A stretch of DNA of 32,167 nucleotides from Isosphaeraceae bacterium (GTDB taxonomy: Bacteria; Planctomycetota; Planctomycetia; Isosphaerales; Isosphaeraceae), in the NCBI GenBank assembly GCA_965201075.1, contig CBDAVP010000008.1:124001-156167 (forward strand). The letters run 5' to 3'. The notes beneath the pieces were generated by a model, which saw nothing but the letters and a program-made list of their open reading frames with translations, was not told the DNA's origin and did no database searches. A program made the translations under genes and the position numbers. Within the stretch, counting starts at the first letter, position 1. Every line of letters starts with the position of its first letter. Shown in pieces: positions 12,388 to 21,819 of this stretch.

Positions 12388-12813
12388 TCAGTGGGGGCGG
12401 TGGATCGCCAGGCGGGCGCCAGTGGTTAAGCGGCCAGCGGGGGCCGCGGCAATCTCGTCGTCGATGTGGTGAAGCAGGACTTCGGGGTGATAGGGCTTGG
12501 TCAGGAAATGGTCGACGCCGAAGGAGCCGAGGGCCCGGGCGTGGTCGGGAACAATCGCCGCGCTACAGATGATGATGGGCTGGTCGGGGCGGGCATGGCG
12601 GACCTGTCGACAAACCTCGACTCCGGAGAAGACCGGAAGGTTCAGGTCGACCAGAGCGAGGTCGAACGGGCCAGAGTCGCCGAAGCGGTCGACGCCTTCC
12701 TGCCCGTCGCACGCCTCGACCACATGGAAGCCGGCGCCTCGGAGGAACTGGGCGACGAGGCGACGCAGGTTCGACTCATCCTCGACCAGCAAAAGGGTAC
12801 CGCGCCGTTCCAT
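12388..12813 (-). CDS. Stand-alone response regulator receiver domain protein
   Basis: LLLVEDE, phospho-acceptor DLALVDLNLP, IIICSA, FLTKPY. GGAGG lies upstream of ATG 12813. Confidence 0.9.
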   Translation of the reverse strand: MERRGTLLLVEDESNLRRLVAQFLRGAGFHVVEACDGQEGVDRFGDSGPFDLALVDLNLPVFSGVEVCRQVRHARPDQPIIICSAAIVPDHARALGSFGVDHFLTKPYHPEVLLHHIDDEIAAAPAGRLTTGARLAIHRPH

Positions 12814-12904
12814 CGGCGAACCTCCACGCTCGTCCGGGGCTGTGCAGGGGGGTGCGGTCAACTGCCGAAGCCGTCGGCCGCCAAGGGATCAGGCGGGGGT
12901 CATC

Positions 12905-15421
12905 CTAGCGAGAGGCCCCCCTCGCGCCCATCCCATCCGTGGGCTCGTGAGGGAGTTGGAAGGAGGTGGGAACTGGCGAAACCAGGCGGAAAGGGTTGCC
13001 GGCGAGGTACAAGTTCACCTGGGCCCTCAGGGCGATTCGTTCGGGAAGGTCACTGGGAGTACGGTCAAAGGCGATTCGCTGGGTAGCGGCGGCCTCGGGG
13101 AAGTGGCCAGCCTCGGACTCGGCCGCGGCAAGGGCGGCGAGCGGCGATGGTTGGCGACGACCAGTCAGATCGCAAGCGAGGCGGGCGGCGTTGAGAGCCT
13201 CGGAGGCGTTGCGCAGGGCGGGGTCAGACGACCCGGAGAGGATTAGAGCCTTACGCTGTAGGGCAGCCACGCAGTGGGGATCGAGGCGAAGCGCATGATC
13301 GGTGTCGGCCAGGGCCCCGACGAGGTCGTTGCGGGCCAATGCGCGGGCGGCGAAGGCGGAGGCCGATCGGGGGTCCAGCGCGATCGCCCGGGCAATGTCG
13401 GCCAGGGCGCCGGGACGATCCCCCGCGTGAAGGCGCGTTTCCGCACGGGCGAGGTAAGCCTCAGGTGAATCAGGGTCGAGGGCGAGGGCGGCGACGGCAT
13501 CCGATTCGGCGAGGTCAAGGGCCCCGCGATCGAGGCGAATGGCGGTTCGGCGGACGTGAGCCTCGGCGGAGCGGGGATCGAGGCGCAGGGCGGTCCGGGC
13601 GTCGGCCTCAGCGGCGTCGAGTTCGCCCCGGATGCGAAGAGTCTGGGCGCGGGCGAGGTAGGTCGAGGGCTCGGCGGCGTCGATCCTCAGAGATGCGTCG
13701 AGGTCGGCCATCGCGCCGTCGAGGTCGCCGAGGTCGGACTGGACCGAGCCTCGGGCAGTAAGGGCCTCGGCGGAGGTGGGATCGAGACGGAGGGCTTCGT
13801 CCAGGTCGGGCCGGGCGGACTCGTGGCGACCGAGGGATTGGAGGATCTGGCCCTTGGTGATGCGAGAGCGAATGCCGTGGGGCTCGATGCGGAGGCTATG
13901 GTCAAGATCGGCGAGGGCGGCGTCTCGGCGGTGGAGGATCAGGAGGGTCCGGCCCCGTTGAAGGAGGGCCTCGGGCTCGTCGGGGGCAAGGGCGACGGCC
14001 GCCTCGGCGTCGACGAGGGCGTCGAGCGGTCGGTGGCGCGCGAGGGCCAGGGCGGCTCGGGTGGCCAGGGCCAGAGGGTGGCGGGGGTCCAGAGCCAGCG
14101 CTTGGTCGAGGTCGTCGCGGGCGGCGAGGTCGTCTCGAAGGCGGAGGCGGGCGGCGGCGCGATTAACCAGGGTGGTGGCGGAGGCGGGGCGAGACTGGGC
14201 CGAGAGGGTGAACTCGGCCACGGCCCGGCCCCAGTCCTTGCGTCGGAAGTGAACCATCCCCCGGGCGTTGTGCCATCGCCAGGCCTGAGAGGACTCGCGG
14301 CGGATCGCCTCCTCGTAATCGGCCAGGGCGCGATCGGGCTGCTCGAGCTGTCTCCAGGCCGCGGCACGGTTGGCGAAGGGCATGAAGTCGTCGGGGGCCA
14401 GACGGATCGCCTCGTCGGCCGAGGCCAGGGCCGCCCGAGGGTTGCCCGCGGCGAGGAAAGAGGCGGCGGCATTATTCGCCGACCGGGCGGCGTCGGGAAG
14501 GCCCGGTCGTTGCTGGAAGGTGTGGATCGTCAAGGAGAGGAATTCGGCGACGGGAGGAGTAACAACCCGGGAGGCGACTGGGACCGGCTCGGAAAGACTT
14601 CGCGGATCGGATGCGATGGCCAAGGTGGATGGGCCGGGGTCGGTGGGGTCTGGCGGGGTCGGGAGGCAATCGTTGGCGGTGACCTGCGACGGGTCGAGAC
14701 GGAGGGCTTCCAGGAAGTCGGCCGTGGCTTGAACGGTCCGACCGAGGGTGCGGTTGGCCTCACCACGAAGGCTAAGGGCCGGGACGGAGGTGGGGTCGAG
14801 ACGAAGGGCCTCGTCGAGATCGTCGAGAGCCCGGGCGGGTTGGTCGTGGACGAGTTGAGCTTCGGCTCGAAGGATTCGGGCCGGACCCGAGGCGGGGTCG
14901 AGGTGAAGGGCGTCGTTGAGGTCGTCGAGGGCGCCGACGGGGTCGCCGTGCTTGAGCCGGGCGGCGCCTCGGTGGATGTGGGCGGTGGCGGATTGAGGAT
15001 CGAGGCGAAGGGCATCGTCAAGGTCGAGCCGAGCGATGTCCGGTTCACCGGCGAGAGTCCACGCCGAGGCCCGGGCGAGGTAGGCCGCCGCGACCCGAGG
15101 TTGTGGGCGGAGTAGATCGGTGAGGCGGTCAATGGCCTGAGTGGGGGTCTGCACGGTGTTTCGACGGGCCCATCCCGAGTGAGGGCCGCGGGTCAGCCAA
15201 AGCCAATCACCTCGAACGTCCTTGACTCGATAGAAGTGGAGCGTGTCGCAGTTAGCGACGACTCGGCCATCGACGCTCAGGGTGGTCTGGGGGGATCGGG
15301 GGATGACGCGGTCGCCAATGACCTGGGCGCCGGCCTCGTGGGCCAAAGCCGTCGTTAGGACGAGCGAAAATAGGGCCGCCGAGGTCGTCTCGGCGGGACG
15401 ATTCCGTCGTTGAGGCGCCAT
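12905..15421 (-). CDS. Exported tetratricopeptide-repeat protein
   Basis: Signal peptide, short beta-rich N-domain, then many 34-aa repeats of the form A..RG......G....AL.DLD.ALRLDP. Confidence 0.9.
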   Translation of the reverse strand: MAPQRRNRPAETTSAALFSLVLTTALAHEAGAQVIGDRVIPRSPQTTLSVDGRVVANCDTLHFYRVKDVRGDWLWLTRGPHSGWARRNTVQTPTQAIDRLTDLLRPQPRVAAAYLARASAWTLAGEPDIARLDLDDALRLDPQSATAHIHRGAARLKHGDPVGALDDLNDALHLDPASGPARILRAEAQLVHDQPARALDDLDEALRLDPTSVPALSLRGEANRTLGRTVQATADFLEALRLDPSQVTANDCLPTPPDPTDPGPSTLAIASDPRSLSEPVPVASRVVTPPVAEFLSLTIHTFQQRPGLPDAARSANNAAASFLAAGNPRAALASADEAIRLAPDDFMPFANRAAAWRQLEQPDRALADYEEAIRRESSQAWRWHNARGMVHFRRKDWGRAVAEFTLSAQSRPASATTLVNRAAARLRLRDDLAARDDLDQALALDPRHPLALATRAALALARHRPLDALVDAEAAVALAPDEPEALLQRGRTLLILHRRDAALADLDHSLRIEPHGIRSRITKGQILQSLGRHESARPDLDEALRLDPTSAEALTARGSVQSDLGDLDGAMADLDASLRIDAAEPSTYLARAQTLRIRGELDAAEADARTALRLDPRSAEAHVRRTAIRLDRGALDLAESDAVAALALDPDSPEAYLARAETRLHAGDRPGALADIARAIALDPRSASAFAARALARNDLVGALADTDHALRLDPHCVAALQRKALILSGSSDPALRNASEALNAARLACDLTGRRQPSPLAALAAAESEAGHFPEAAATQRIAFDRTPSDLPERIALRAQVNLYLAGNPFRLVSPVPTSFQLPHEPTDGMGARGASR

Positions 15422-15667
15422 CGGTGGCGATCCCAGCCTTCGAGCGAACCATTCCGAGGGTCCAGTCGAGGCGGGGGGCGAGCGGCCACGAATCCCTGGC
15501 CGGTTGAAGTTTACCCGATGACCAGCGGTCGTGACGGATGGGCGAGGATCGGAATCGTGAGGCCGACTCGAACCCTTCCGAGTCGCGATCGCTTGAGGTG
15601 AATCAGGAAGGGTTCCAGAAACTCAAACGGCCGCGCCAGCCGTTGGCGATGGTGATCCGTGAACGTC

Positions 15668-16153
15668 TTACCGGGCCAGGTCCGAGGCGGGAGTCTTGGC
15701 CAGGCCAATCTGAACCAGGGCTCCGCTCGGCTGGCTGGGGCTGCGGGAGGGCCGTCGGGGCGGCAAGATTGCGTGGGCGTATTCCCAGAGTTGCTCGGGA
15801 GTCTCAAAGACCTGCTCGAACAACCAATCGTCGTCGTATTCGCATTCGGCGGTGGTGTATTCTCGGCAAATCTTGGGACGGTCGTGATAAATCGCGCAAC
15901 GGTCTTCGCGGGTCAGGTAGCGGCAACGGGTCATGACGACCAAATACCACGTCCCCTTCTCGACATAGACCAGGGTCCGGCCGTGTGCCAGATACCAGCG
16001 GACCGCGTCGTAGTCGTCCCAACCCTTGGGCGTTTCGATCGGCAGTGAGAAGTACCGACAGCACTTCCCCGCGCAATGGTCGCAAAGCGACTCACCCGGC
16101 GGGATGGCCGAGCGGGGCAGGACGTTCTTGCGCGGTTTGGGCACGGAAGGCAA
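15668..16153 (-). CDS. YkgJ-family (CxxCxxCC) cysteine-cluster protein
   Basis: CDHCAGKCC ... CRYL....RCAIYHDRPKICREY. GGAGG lies upstream of the TTG start. Confidence 0.88.
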   Translation of the reverse strand: MPSVPKPRKNVLPRSAIPPGESLCDHCAGKCCRYFSLPIETPKGWDDYDAVRWYLAHGRTLVYVEKGTWYLVVMTRCRYLTREDRCAIYHDRPKICREYTTAECEYDDDWLFEQVFETPEQLWEYAHAILPPRRPSRSPSQPSGALVQIGLAKTPASDLAR

Positions 16154-16183
16154 AGGACGGGACCTCCGCGACCGGGGACGAGT

Positions 16184-17303
16184 TCACGCCGGCTTGGTGC
16201 GGTTCTTGTATTTGGCGCTGACGCGGATCAGGAAGCGATGTTCCTCGTCGCTCAAGGACGACCGCCCCTGGCTGTGCAGTTTGGCGAGGATCTCGTCCAT
16301 TCGGCGCTCCTCGGCGGCCTCTCGGGCACGGCGCCGGAGCCGCCGTTGCTCGGAGCGTCGTCGCCTCCAGCGCTTGAGCGTCCCTTCTCGGCGGGGACGG
16401 ACCTTGGCGAAGTTTCCCTCCAGGCTAGTGTACCCTTCGGAGAAGTCGTAACCGAAAACGCCATCGTCAAAGAATCCTTCCTCGGAAAGAGCGAGTCTCC
16501 TGGCGAACCATCAACTCGATGAGCACAGCCAGCCCAAAGAGAGTCAGGGCGAAGGAATGGCGGGGGACGCCGTTGGGCAGCGGCGTGCCGGTGACGTTGG
16601 CCACCACCAGGCGGTAGAGGCCAGCGCCGACGAGAATAAAGACGAAGGCACGGGCCATCAGGGGGCCGGCGGCGCCGTCTCGGGGTTGGCCGAACGTGGG
16701 CGAGGCCAGCGCCGCCCGGAACATCCGACCCATGTCCAGTGGCAGGGCGGGGATGAGGTTCGCCAGGACCAGCACCCAGTTGAGGTAGCCAAACCAGCCG
16801 ACCAGCCAAAGCTCGGTGAATGGCGCCGCCGAGACGTTCCCCTCGAGGATCGGAGCCCCGCCGGTGCCCAGGGCGTTGCCGAAGGGGTTGAGCACCGGGT
16901 AGGCCCCGGCCAGACGAAGGCCCATCCAGGAGACGACGGTCATGACCAGACTGATCGCCGGTCCGGCCGCGGCGACCTTGAAGCTGTCGGCCGGGCGCAT
17001 CCCGTAGGCCGGCGCCGGGCCGACGAGGTTGCCCAGCGGCCAGAGCCGGATGTCCTCGACCTCATAGCCCAGCCAGGAGGCGATGGCCGCGTGACCTAGC
17101 TCGTGAATCGCCAGGGCCAGCAGCAATAGGCCCAGCCAGGCCAACGCCTCTTGCGGGGGCGTGGCGCCGGGGGCGTGTTTGTAGTAGAGGATCGCGTCGT
17201 CGAGCAGCCGGTTGGCGGCGAAGAACAGCAGGAGGACGTGGATCCGAACCTGGATCCCCGACCACCGCCCCAGGCTCAACGACCACGTCAGGGGATCGCT
17301 CAT
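16184..17303 (-). pseudogene. Site-2 protease (M50 family) with C-terminal helical domain, split by a single extra base near 16485 (pseudogene or sequencing error)
   Basis: HELGH and NLIPALPLDMG motifs. The ORF stops at 16467, but removing one base gives RSF-EEGFFDDGVFGYDFSEGYTSLE...MDEILAKLHSQGRSSLSDEEHRFL...KPA*, ending at 16184. The span is 1120 nt (3n+1). Confidence 0.85.
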
Positions 17304-17490
17304 GAGGGCTCACCCGCCGGACCGCGGCCCCGCGTCGACGGGCCGCCCCGGGCCCTGTCAGTTTATCAGTCGCGGCAAGGCCCCGCAACGCACCCCGCGG
17401 CTTGCCCGTCGCTCCCGTCCCCGCTAAAGTCGGCTCGGGCCCAGAGGCGGAAGACCCCCAGGCCGCCCGCCCAGTGGAGTCGCGACGGCA

Positions 17491-18612
17491 ATGCGAGATC
17501 GTGGGGAGGCCGAGACCCTGGTGGTCGAACTCGGGGCCAGGAGTTACCCCATTCGGGTCGGCGAGGGACTCGACGGGTTCGGACCGTTCGTCCGCGGGGC
17601 TCTGGAAGGTTCATGGGCGGGCCGTGGATGTCGGTCGGCCCTGGTCGTCGTCGACGCCAACGTCCGGCGACTGGCCGTTGCGTTGGTCGACAGCCTGGGG
17701 TCGCAGGGGATTACCGCCGAGGTGGCCGAGGTTCCCCCTGGAGAGGCAAGCAAGACCCTGGCGAGGGCCTCGGAGCTTTACGACCGGCTGGTGGACCTGC
17801 GGGCCGACCGCCACAACTGCGTCGTCGCCCTGGGGGGCGGCGTCGTGGGCGATCTTGCCGGCTTCGTGGCCGCGACGTATGCCCGAGGACTTCCCCTGGT
17901 GATGGTGCCGACGACCTTGCTGGCTCAGGTGGACAGTTCGGTCGGGGGCAAGGTCGGGGTGAACCATCCTCGGGTCAAGAACATCATCGGCGCCTTCCAC
18001 CAGCCGTCGGCGGTCTGGGTCGACACCGGGTCGCTGGCGAGCCTACCCACCCGGGAGTTGCGCAGCGGAATGGCCGAGGTCGTGAAGTACGGGATGATCC
18101 TCGACGCCCCCTTCTTCGCCGAATTGGAACGACAGGCCGAGCCCTTGCTGACGCTGGAGGCCACGGCGTTGCGGAGGACGATTCTCCGCAGTTGCGAACT
18201 GAAGGCCGGGGTGGTGGCCCTCGACGAGCGCGAGGAGACCGGTGAACGGGCGGCCTTGAACTTCGGTCACACCGTCGGCCACGCGATCGAAGCCGTCGCC
18301 GGCTACGACGGGCCGTATCGTCACGGCGAGGCGGTGGCCGTCGGCATGGTCGCCGAATGCCGCTTGGCCGAACGCCTCGGCTGGATCGGCCCGGACGTGA
18401 CGGAGCGACTGCTCGCCCTGCTGAAGCGGTTGGGACTGCCGACCCGGTCGCCTGGTCTGGACCGAGACGCCCTACTGGCGGCGATGGGTCGCGACAAGAA
18501 AAACCAGGGGGGATCAGTTCGATTCGTCCTGCCCAGGGAACTGGGAAGAGTGGAACTGACCGACGCGGCCCGTTCCGAAGACCTTTCCGCCTGCCTGGGG
18601 TCGATCCTTTGA
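17491..18612 (+). CDS. aroB: 3-dehydroquinate synthase
   Basis: GEASK, ALGGGVVGDLAGFVAATYARG, PTTLLAQVDSSVGGKVGVN, KNIIGAFHQP, LNFGHTVGHAIE, HGEAVAVGM, DKKN. Confidence 0.97.
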   Translation: MRDRGEAETLVVELGARSYPIRVGEGLDGFGPFVRGALEGSWAGRGCRSALVVVDANVRRLAVALVDSLGSQGITAEVAEVPPGEASKTLARASELYDRLVDLRADRHNCVVALGGGVVGDLAGFVAATYARGLPLVMVPTTLLAQVDSSVGGKVGVNHPRVKNIIGAFHQPSAVWVDTGSLASLPTRELRSGMAEVVKYGMILDAPFFAELERQAEPLLTLEATALRRTILRSCELKAGVVALDEREETGERAALNFGHTVGHAIEAVAGYDGPYRHGEAVAVGMVAECRLAERLGWIGPDVTERLLALLKRLGLPTRSPGLDRDALLAAMGRDKKNQGGSVRFVLPRELGRVELTDAARSEDLSACLGSIL

Positions 18613-19748
18613 GTGGGCCCGACGTCGACCCTGAATTGCGAGACCTCCTTTGCCTGACGATGGTCCCGGGGGTGGGTCCCCTGACAAGCCGGGCCTTGCT
18701 GGACCAATTCGGCGGGGCGGGCCGCATACTCGACGCTCCCGAGAAATCGCTCCGGGAAGTCCCCGGAGTCGGGCCGAAGCTGGCCTCCGCTATCGCTCGC
18801 GCTCGTCGAGAGCACGATCCCGAGGTGGAACTGGCTCTTTGCCAACAGCGGAGCGTGCAACCAACCGCGCCGGGACGCGAAGGCTATCCTCAGGCACTGG
18901 ATAACATCCACGACCCGCCCCCTTTGCTCTACGTGCGCGGAACCGTCGAGCCGGTGGATTCGCTGGCGGTGGCGGTAGTGGGTTCGCGCAAGTGTACACC
19001 CTACGGGCTGCGGATGGCCGAACGGCTGGCGGGCTCGCTGGCGAGGGTCGGGTTGACTATCGTCTCGGGCCTGGCCCGGGGGATCGACGCGGCGGCCCAC
19101 CGGGGGGCCCTGCGAGCCGGGGGCCGTACGATCGCGGTGCTGGGCAATGGCCTGAACGCCATCTATCCCCCGGAGCACGCGGCGCTGGCCGACGAGGTGG
19201 CGGCGTCCGGCACATTGTTCAGCGAGTTCCCCATGCGTCAACAGCCGCTTCCCGGCCTCTTTCCCCAACGCAATCGTTTGATCTCGGGCTTAAGCCTGGG
19301 AGTTCTGGTCATCGAGGCAACGCCCCGCAGCGGCTCGCTGTCGACCGCCCACCACGCAACAGAGCAAGGCCGAGAGGTCTTCGCCGTCCCCGGGCCGGTC
19401 GACAGCCTGGCCAGCCGAGGCTGCCACGCCCTGATCCGCGACGGCGCCCGACTCGTCGAGACCGCTGACGACATTCTCGAAGAGCTCAAATCCAGGCTAG
19501 GAGCCCTCCAGGCGCCCGCGGAGGTTTCACTCCCGGGGTCGGATGACGGCCCGGCGACTTCGGCGGGGCTGCGGCTCAACGACCAGGAACGGGCGATCCT
19601 GGGGCACCTGGATGATCTGCCCAAGCCGGTCGACGCCCTGATTGCCTTGACCGGGCTGGGCGCCTCGCAAGTCATGGCGACCCTGAGTATCCTGGAAATG
19701 CGCCGCCTGATCCGGCGGGCACCCGGAAACCTCTTTCACCGGGCCTGA
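18609..19748 (+). CDS. dprA: DNA-processing protein DprA
   Basis: DPPPLLYVRG, VAVVGSRKCTPYG, IVSGLARGIDAAAHRGAL, FPQRNRLISGLS, SGSLSTA, GREVFAVPG and a C-terminal winged helix. The TTG start overlaps the aroB stop (TTGA). Confidence 0.95.
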   Translation: MSGPDVDPELRDLLCLTMVPGVGPLTSRALLDQFGGAGRILDAPEKSLREVPGVGPKLASAIARARREHDPEVELALCQQRSVQPTAPGREGYPQALDNIHDPPPLLYVRGTVEPVDSLAVAVVGSRKCTPYGLRMAERLAGSLARVGLTIVSGLARGIDAAAHRGALRAGGRTIAVLGNGLNAIYPPEHAALADEVAASGTLFSEFPMRQQPLPGLFPQRNRLISGLSLGVLVIEATPRSGSLSTAHHATEQGREVFAVPGPVDSLASRGCHALIRDGARLVETADDILEELKSRLGALQAPAEVSLPGSDDGPATSAGLRLNDQERAILGHLDDLPKPVDALIALTGLGASQVMATLSILEMRRLIRRAPGNLFHRA

Positions 19749-19825
19749 GCGGCGGGGCCAACCTCTTGCAAAGCCAAGGGCCTCGGCTAAAATCGTCCGA
19801 ACCTCCGTCCGGGGACGAATCTCTG

Positions 19826-20293
19826 ATGCGAAAGGCCCTGGCGCTGGCCGCCGAGGCCTTCCGGGTTGGCGAGGTCCCGGTCGGGGCCTTGGTGGTTCGC
19901 GAAGGCCAGGTGATCGCCCAGGCGTTCAACCTCCGCGAAGCCCTGGCCGACCCAACCGCCCACGCCGAATGCCTCGCGTTGAGCCTGGCCGGGCGGGCCT
20001 TGGGAACCTGGAGACTGACTGGCTGCTCGCTGGTGGCGACCCTCGAACCCTGTCCCATGTGTACGGGGGCGGCCCTGCAAGCCCGAGTCGAGCGGATCAT
20101 CTTCGGGGCCTCCGACCCAAAAGCCGGAACCTGCGGAAGTCTCTACCGATTGGCCGAAGATCCACGTTTCTCGCATCAAATCGCCGTGACCGGCGGAATT
20201 CTGGCGGAGGATTGCGGCCGACTGCTTTCTGAGTTTTTCCAGGGCCGACGACCTCGGTCCTCGAAACCCCCGGAGGGGTGCCTGAGTGGTTGA
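19826..20293 (+). CDS. tadA: tRNA-specific adenosine deaminase
   Basis: GEVPVGA, DPTAHAE, TLEPCPMCTGA, FGASDPKAG, LLSEFF..RR. Start uncertain (19766 or 19826). Confidence 0.93.
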   Translation: MRKALALAAEAFRVGEVPVGALVVREGQVIAQAFNLREALADPTAHAECLALSLAGRALGTWRLTGCSLVATLEPCPMCTGAALQARVERIIFGASDPKAGTCGSLYRLAEDPRFSHQIAVTGGILAEDCGRLLSEFFQGRRPRSSKPPEGCLSG

Positions 20294-20358
20294 AAGGGCC
20301 GGTCTCGAAAACCGGTGTGCCCGAAAGGGTACCGTGGGTTCGAATCCCACCTCCTCCG
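20272..20358 (+). tRNA. tRNA-Ser (anticodon CGA), CCA not encoded
   Basis: Acceptor GGAGGGG/CTCCTCC plus discriminator G; anticodon arm CCGGT-CTCGAAA-ACCGG; long variable arm closed by CCC-GAAA-GGG; T arm GTGGG-TTCGAAT-CCCAC. Confidence 0.97.
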
Positions 20359-20389
20359 CTGCATAAGTCCCGCGAGGGACACCGCTTGA

Positions 20390-20427
20390 GCCGCGAGCCG
20401 CGTCCCCGACGCGGCTCGCGGCGTTTT
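20390..20427 (+). terminator. Rho-independent terminator after tRNA-Ser
   Basis: gccgcgagccgcgtc-ccc-gacgcggctcgcggc: perfect 15-bp stem followed by gtttt. Confidence 0.8.
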
Positions 20428-21108
20428 CGTATCCTTCTGGGAACAGGCCCATATAACCCCTCGCTTGTCGCATGGCGCCGCAAGCGGACGCATATCGGCT
20501 GCTAGCTAGGCGTAAGGGGAGGCATATGCGCCGGCGGGCCGTGGAGCGACCGAAATCCGGCGGAGCGCCGTCACCAAGGGGGCCGGCGGGGAGCCCCTCG
20601 GCGGCGAGGCTCCGACCCCGGTCGCCCTCGCTCGGAAGGGTCGGTCGGACTTCCTCCGGCCTACCGGGCGGGCGAGCAAAGAACTTGTTGTTCGTAAGGG
20701 TCCAAGCGAGTTGGACGACCCTGCCGGCCCCCGCAGGGCGGGGTACCGCGGGCCCTTCTTGAAAGAAGGTTCTCGGAAGGGCTCGCGGTACGGCGGCCGC
20801 CCGCTCCCTGGGCTCCGGCTACGCCTCCTCGGCACCGACCGGCCCCGGGCCGTGGGGGAGGCCCTCGCGACCGACCCGGGCCTCGTGGCGGCCCCGCGAA
20901 GGCGGCCCCCGTCCGCGGGCCGCGCGGCCCCTCCGGGCCGCGAGCGACTCCGGGGGGCGGCAAGCGGCACTAGGAAGAAGACTCTCTTTTCCAGGGTCTC
21001 CTTGCCGACCCGTGCGGCCACCCCTCCAGGCCCGTCCGCGTCCGGTTGGATCAGGGCGGGCGGGATGCGGAGGCTGTCCTCCGTCCGGCGATTTCCGTCG
21101 TCCCGCGT

Positions 21109-21490
21109 TCAGCAGGCCCTTCTCCGTACGCCGTGCTTGATCCGGCTGATCGTGCTCTTGTGCACGCCGTAGGCCCGCGCCAGCTCCCGACCCCGGTACC
21201 CCCGGTACAGGGCGAGCCGGACCTGCCGCACCTGCTCGTCCGACAACTTCGCGGCGGGGTACCGCTCCCCCATCGGGCGCCGACCGTTGCGGACCGAGTC
21301 GGCCGCGTTGCTCCGCGCGTCGCCGAGGTAGAGGTTCTCCGGCCAGTTGTTCCGCTTGTCGTCGTCCTTGTGACAGACCATCTCGCCGGGGGCCAGCTCC
21401 CGGCCCAGGACGACGCTCATCACCGCTCGGTGCAGCAGGACCCGCCGCTGGCGGGACCGGCCGAGCGGGTCGCGTGCCGACTTGCGCAGG
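21109..21490 (-). pseudogene. HNH endonuclease with C-terminal HTH (phage/homing-endonuclease-like), 5' end truncated by IS3 insertion
   Basis: The frame stays open upstream of 21423 (..[29 protein letters not shown]). HNH core VCHKDDDKRNNWPENL...SN; tail AAKLSDEQVRQVR...GRELARAYGVHKSTISRIK. Confidence 0.8.
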
Positions 21491-21819
21491 TGGACTTCCC
21501 CACGAATGGCGAGCGCTCCGATAAGAGCGTAAGCTCAACGCGAGGAGGTCAGCGATGGCGAAGCAGAGACGCAATTACACCCGCGAGTTCAAGGTCGAGG
21601 CGGTCCGGCCTATCGCCGCTGAGGGCAAGAGCCTCGCCGAGATCGCCCGCGAACTCGGCCTCGGCGAGAGCCTGCTGAGGAGTTGGAAGACCGCCTTGGC
21701 CGCCGAGGGCGAGCAGGCCTTCCCCGGCAAGGGCCACCTCCCGGCCGTCCAGGAAGACTTGCGACGCCTCCTCGCCGAGAACCAGAAACTCCGCATGGAG
21801 CGGGAGATTTTAAAAAAGG
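21491..21819 (+). mobile_element. IS3-family remnant: probable left end plus orfA (from 21555); orfB missing
   Basis: 5'-TGGACTTCCCC end, GAGGAGG RBS, orfA MAKQRRNYTREFKVEAV...IARELG...LRMEREILKKA with an A6G slippery site at 21812-21818. The sequence is cut immediately after that site. Confidence 0.85.

Noticed and set aside
18357..18608. Extended N-terminus of DprA in the ORF track
   Set aside because: Overlaps the aroB coding region; the TTG at 18609 coupled to the aroB stop is the more plausible start.
20640..20662. Minus-strand GGAGGAAGTCCG resembling the RNase P RNA 5' motif GAGGAAAGTCC
   Set aside because: One A short, and no matching 3' ACAGAA.CCGGC motif at the expected distance.
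20360..20700. Possible SRP RNA (ffs), which follows tadA/tRNA-Ser in some bacteria
   Set aside because: No CAGG...GGAA...AGCAG domain IV motif found.
20506..21021. 171-aa minus-strand ORF and overlapping ORFs downstream of the tRNA
   Set aside because: Arg/Pro/Gly/Ala-dominated composition typical of high-GC non-coding frames; no recognisable motif.
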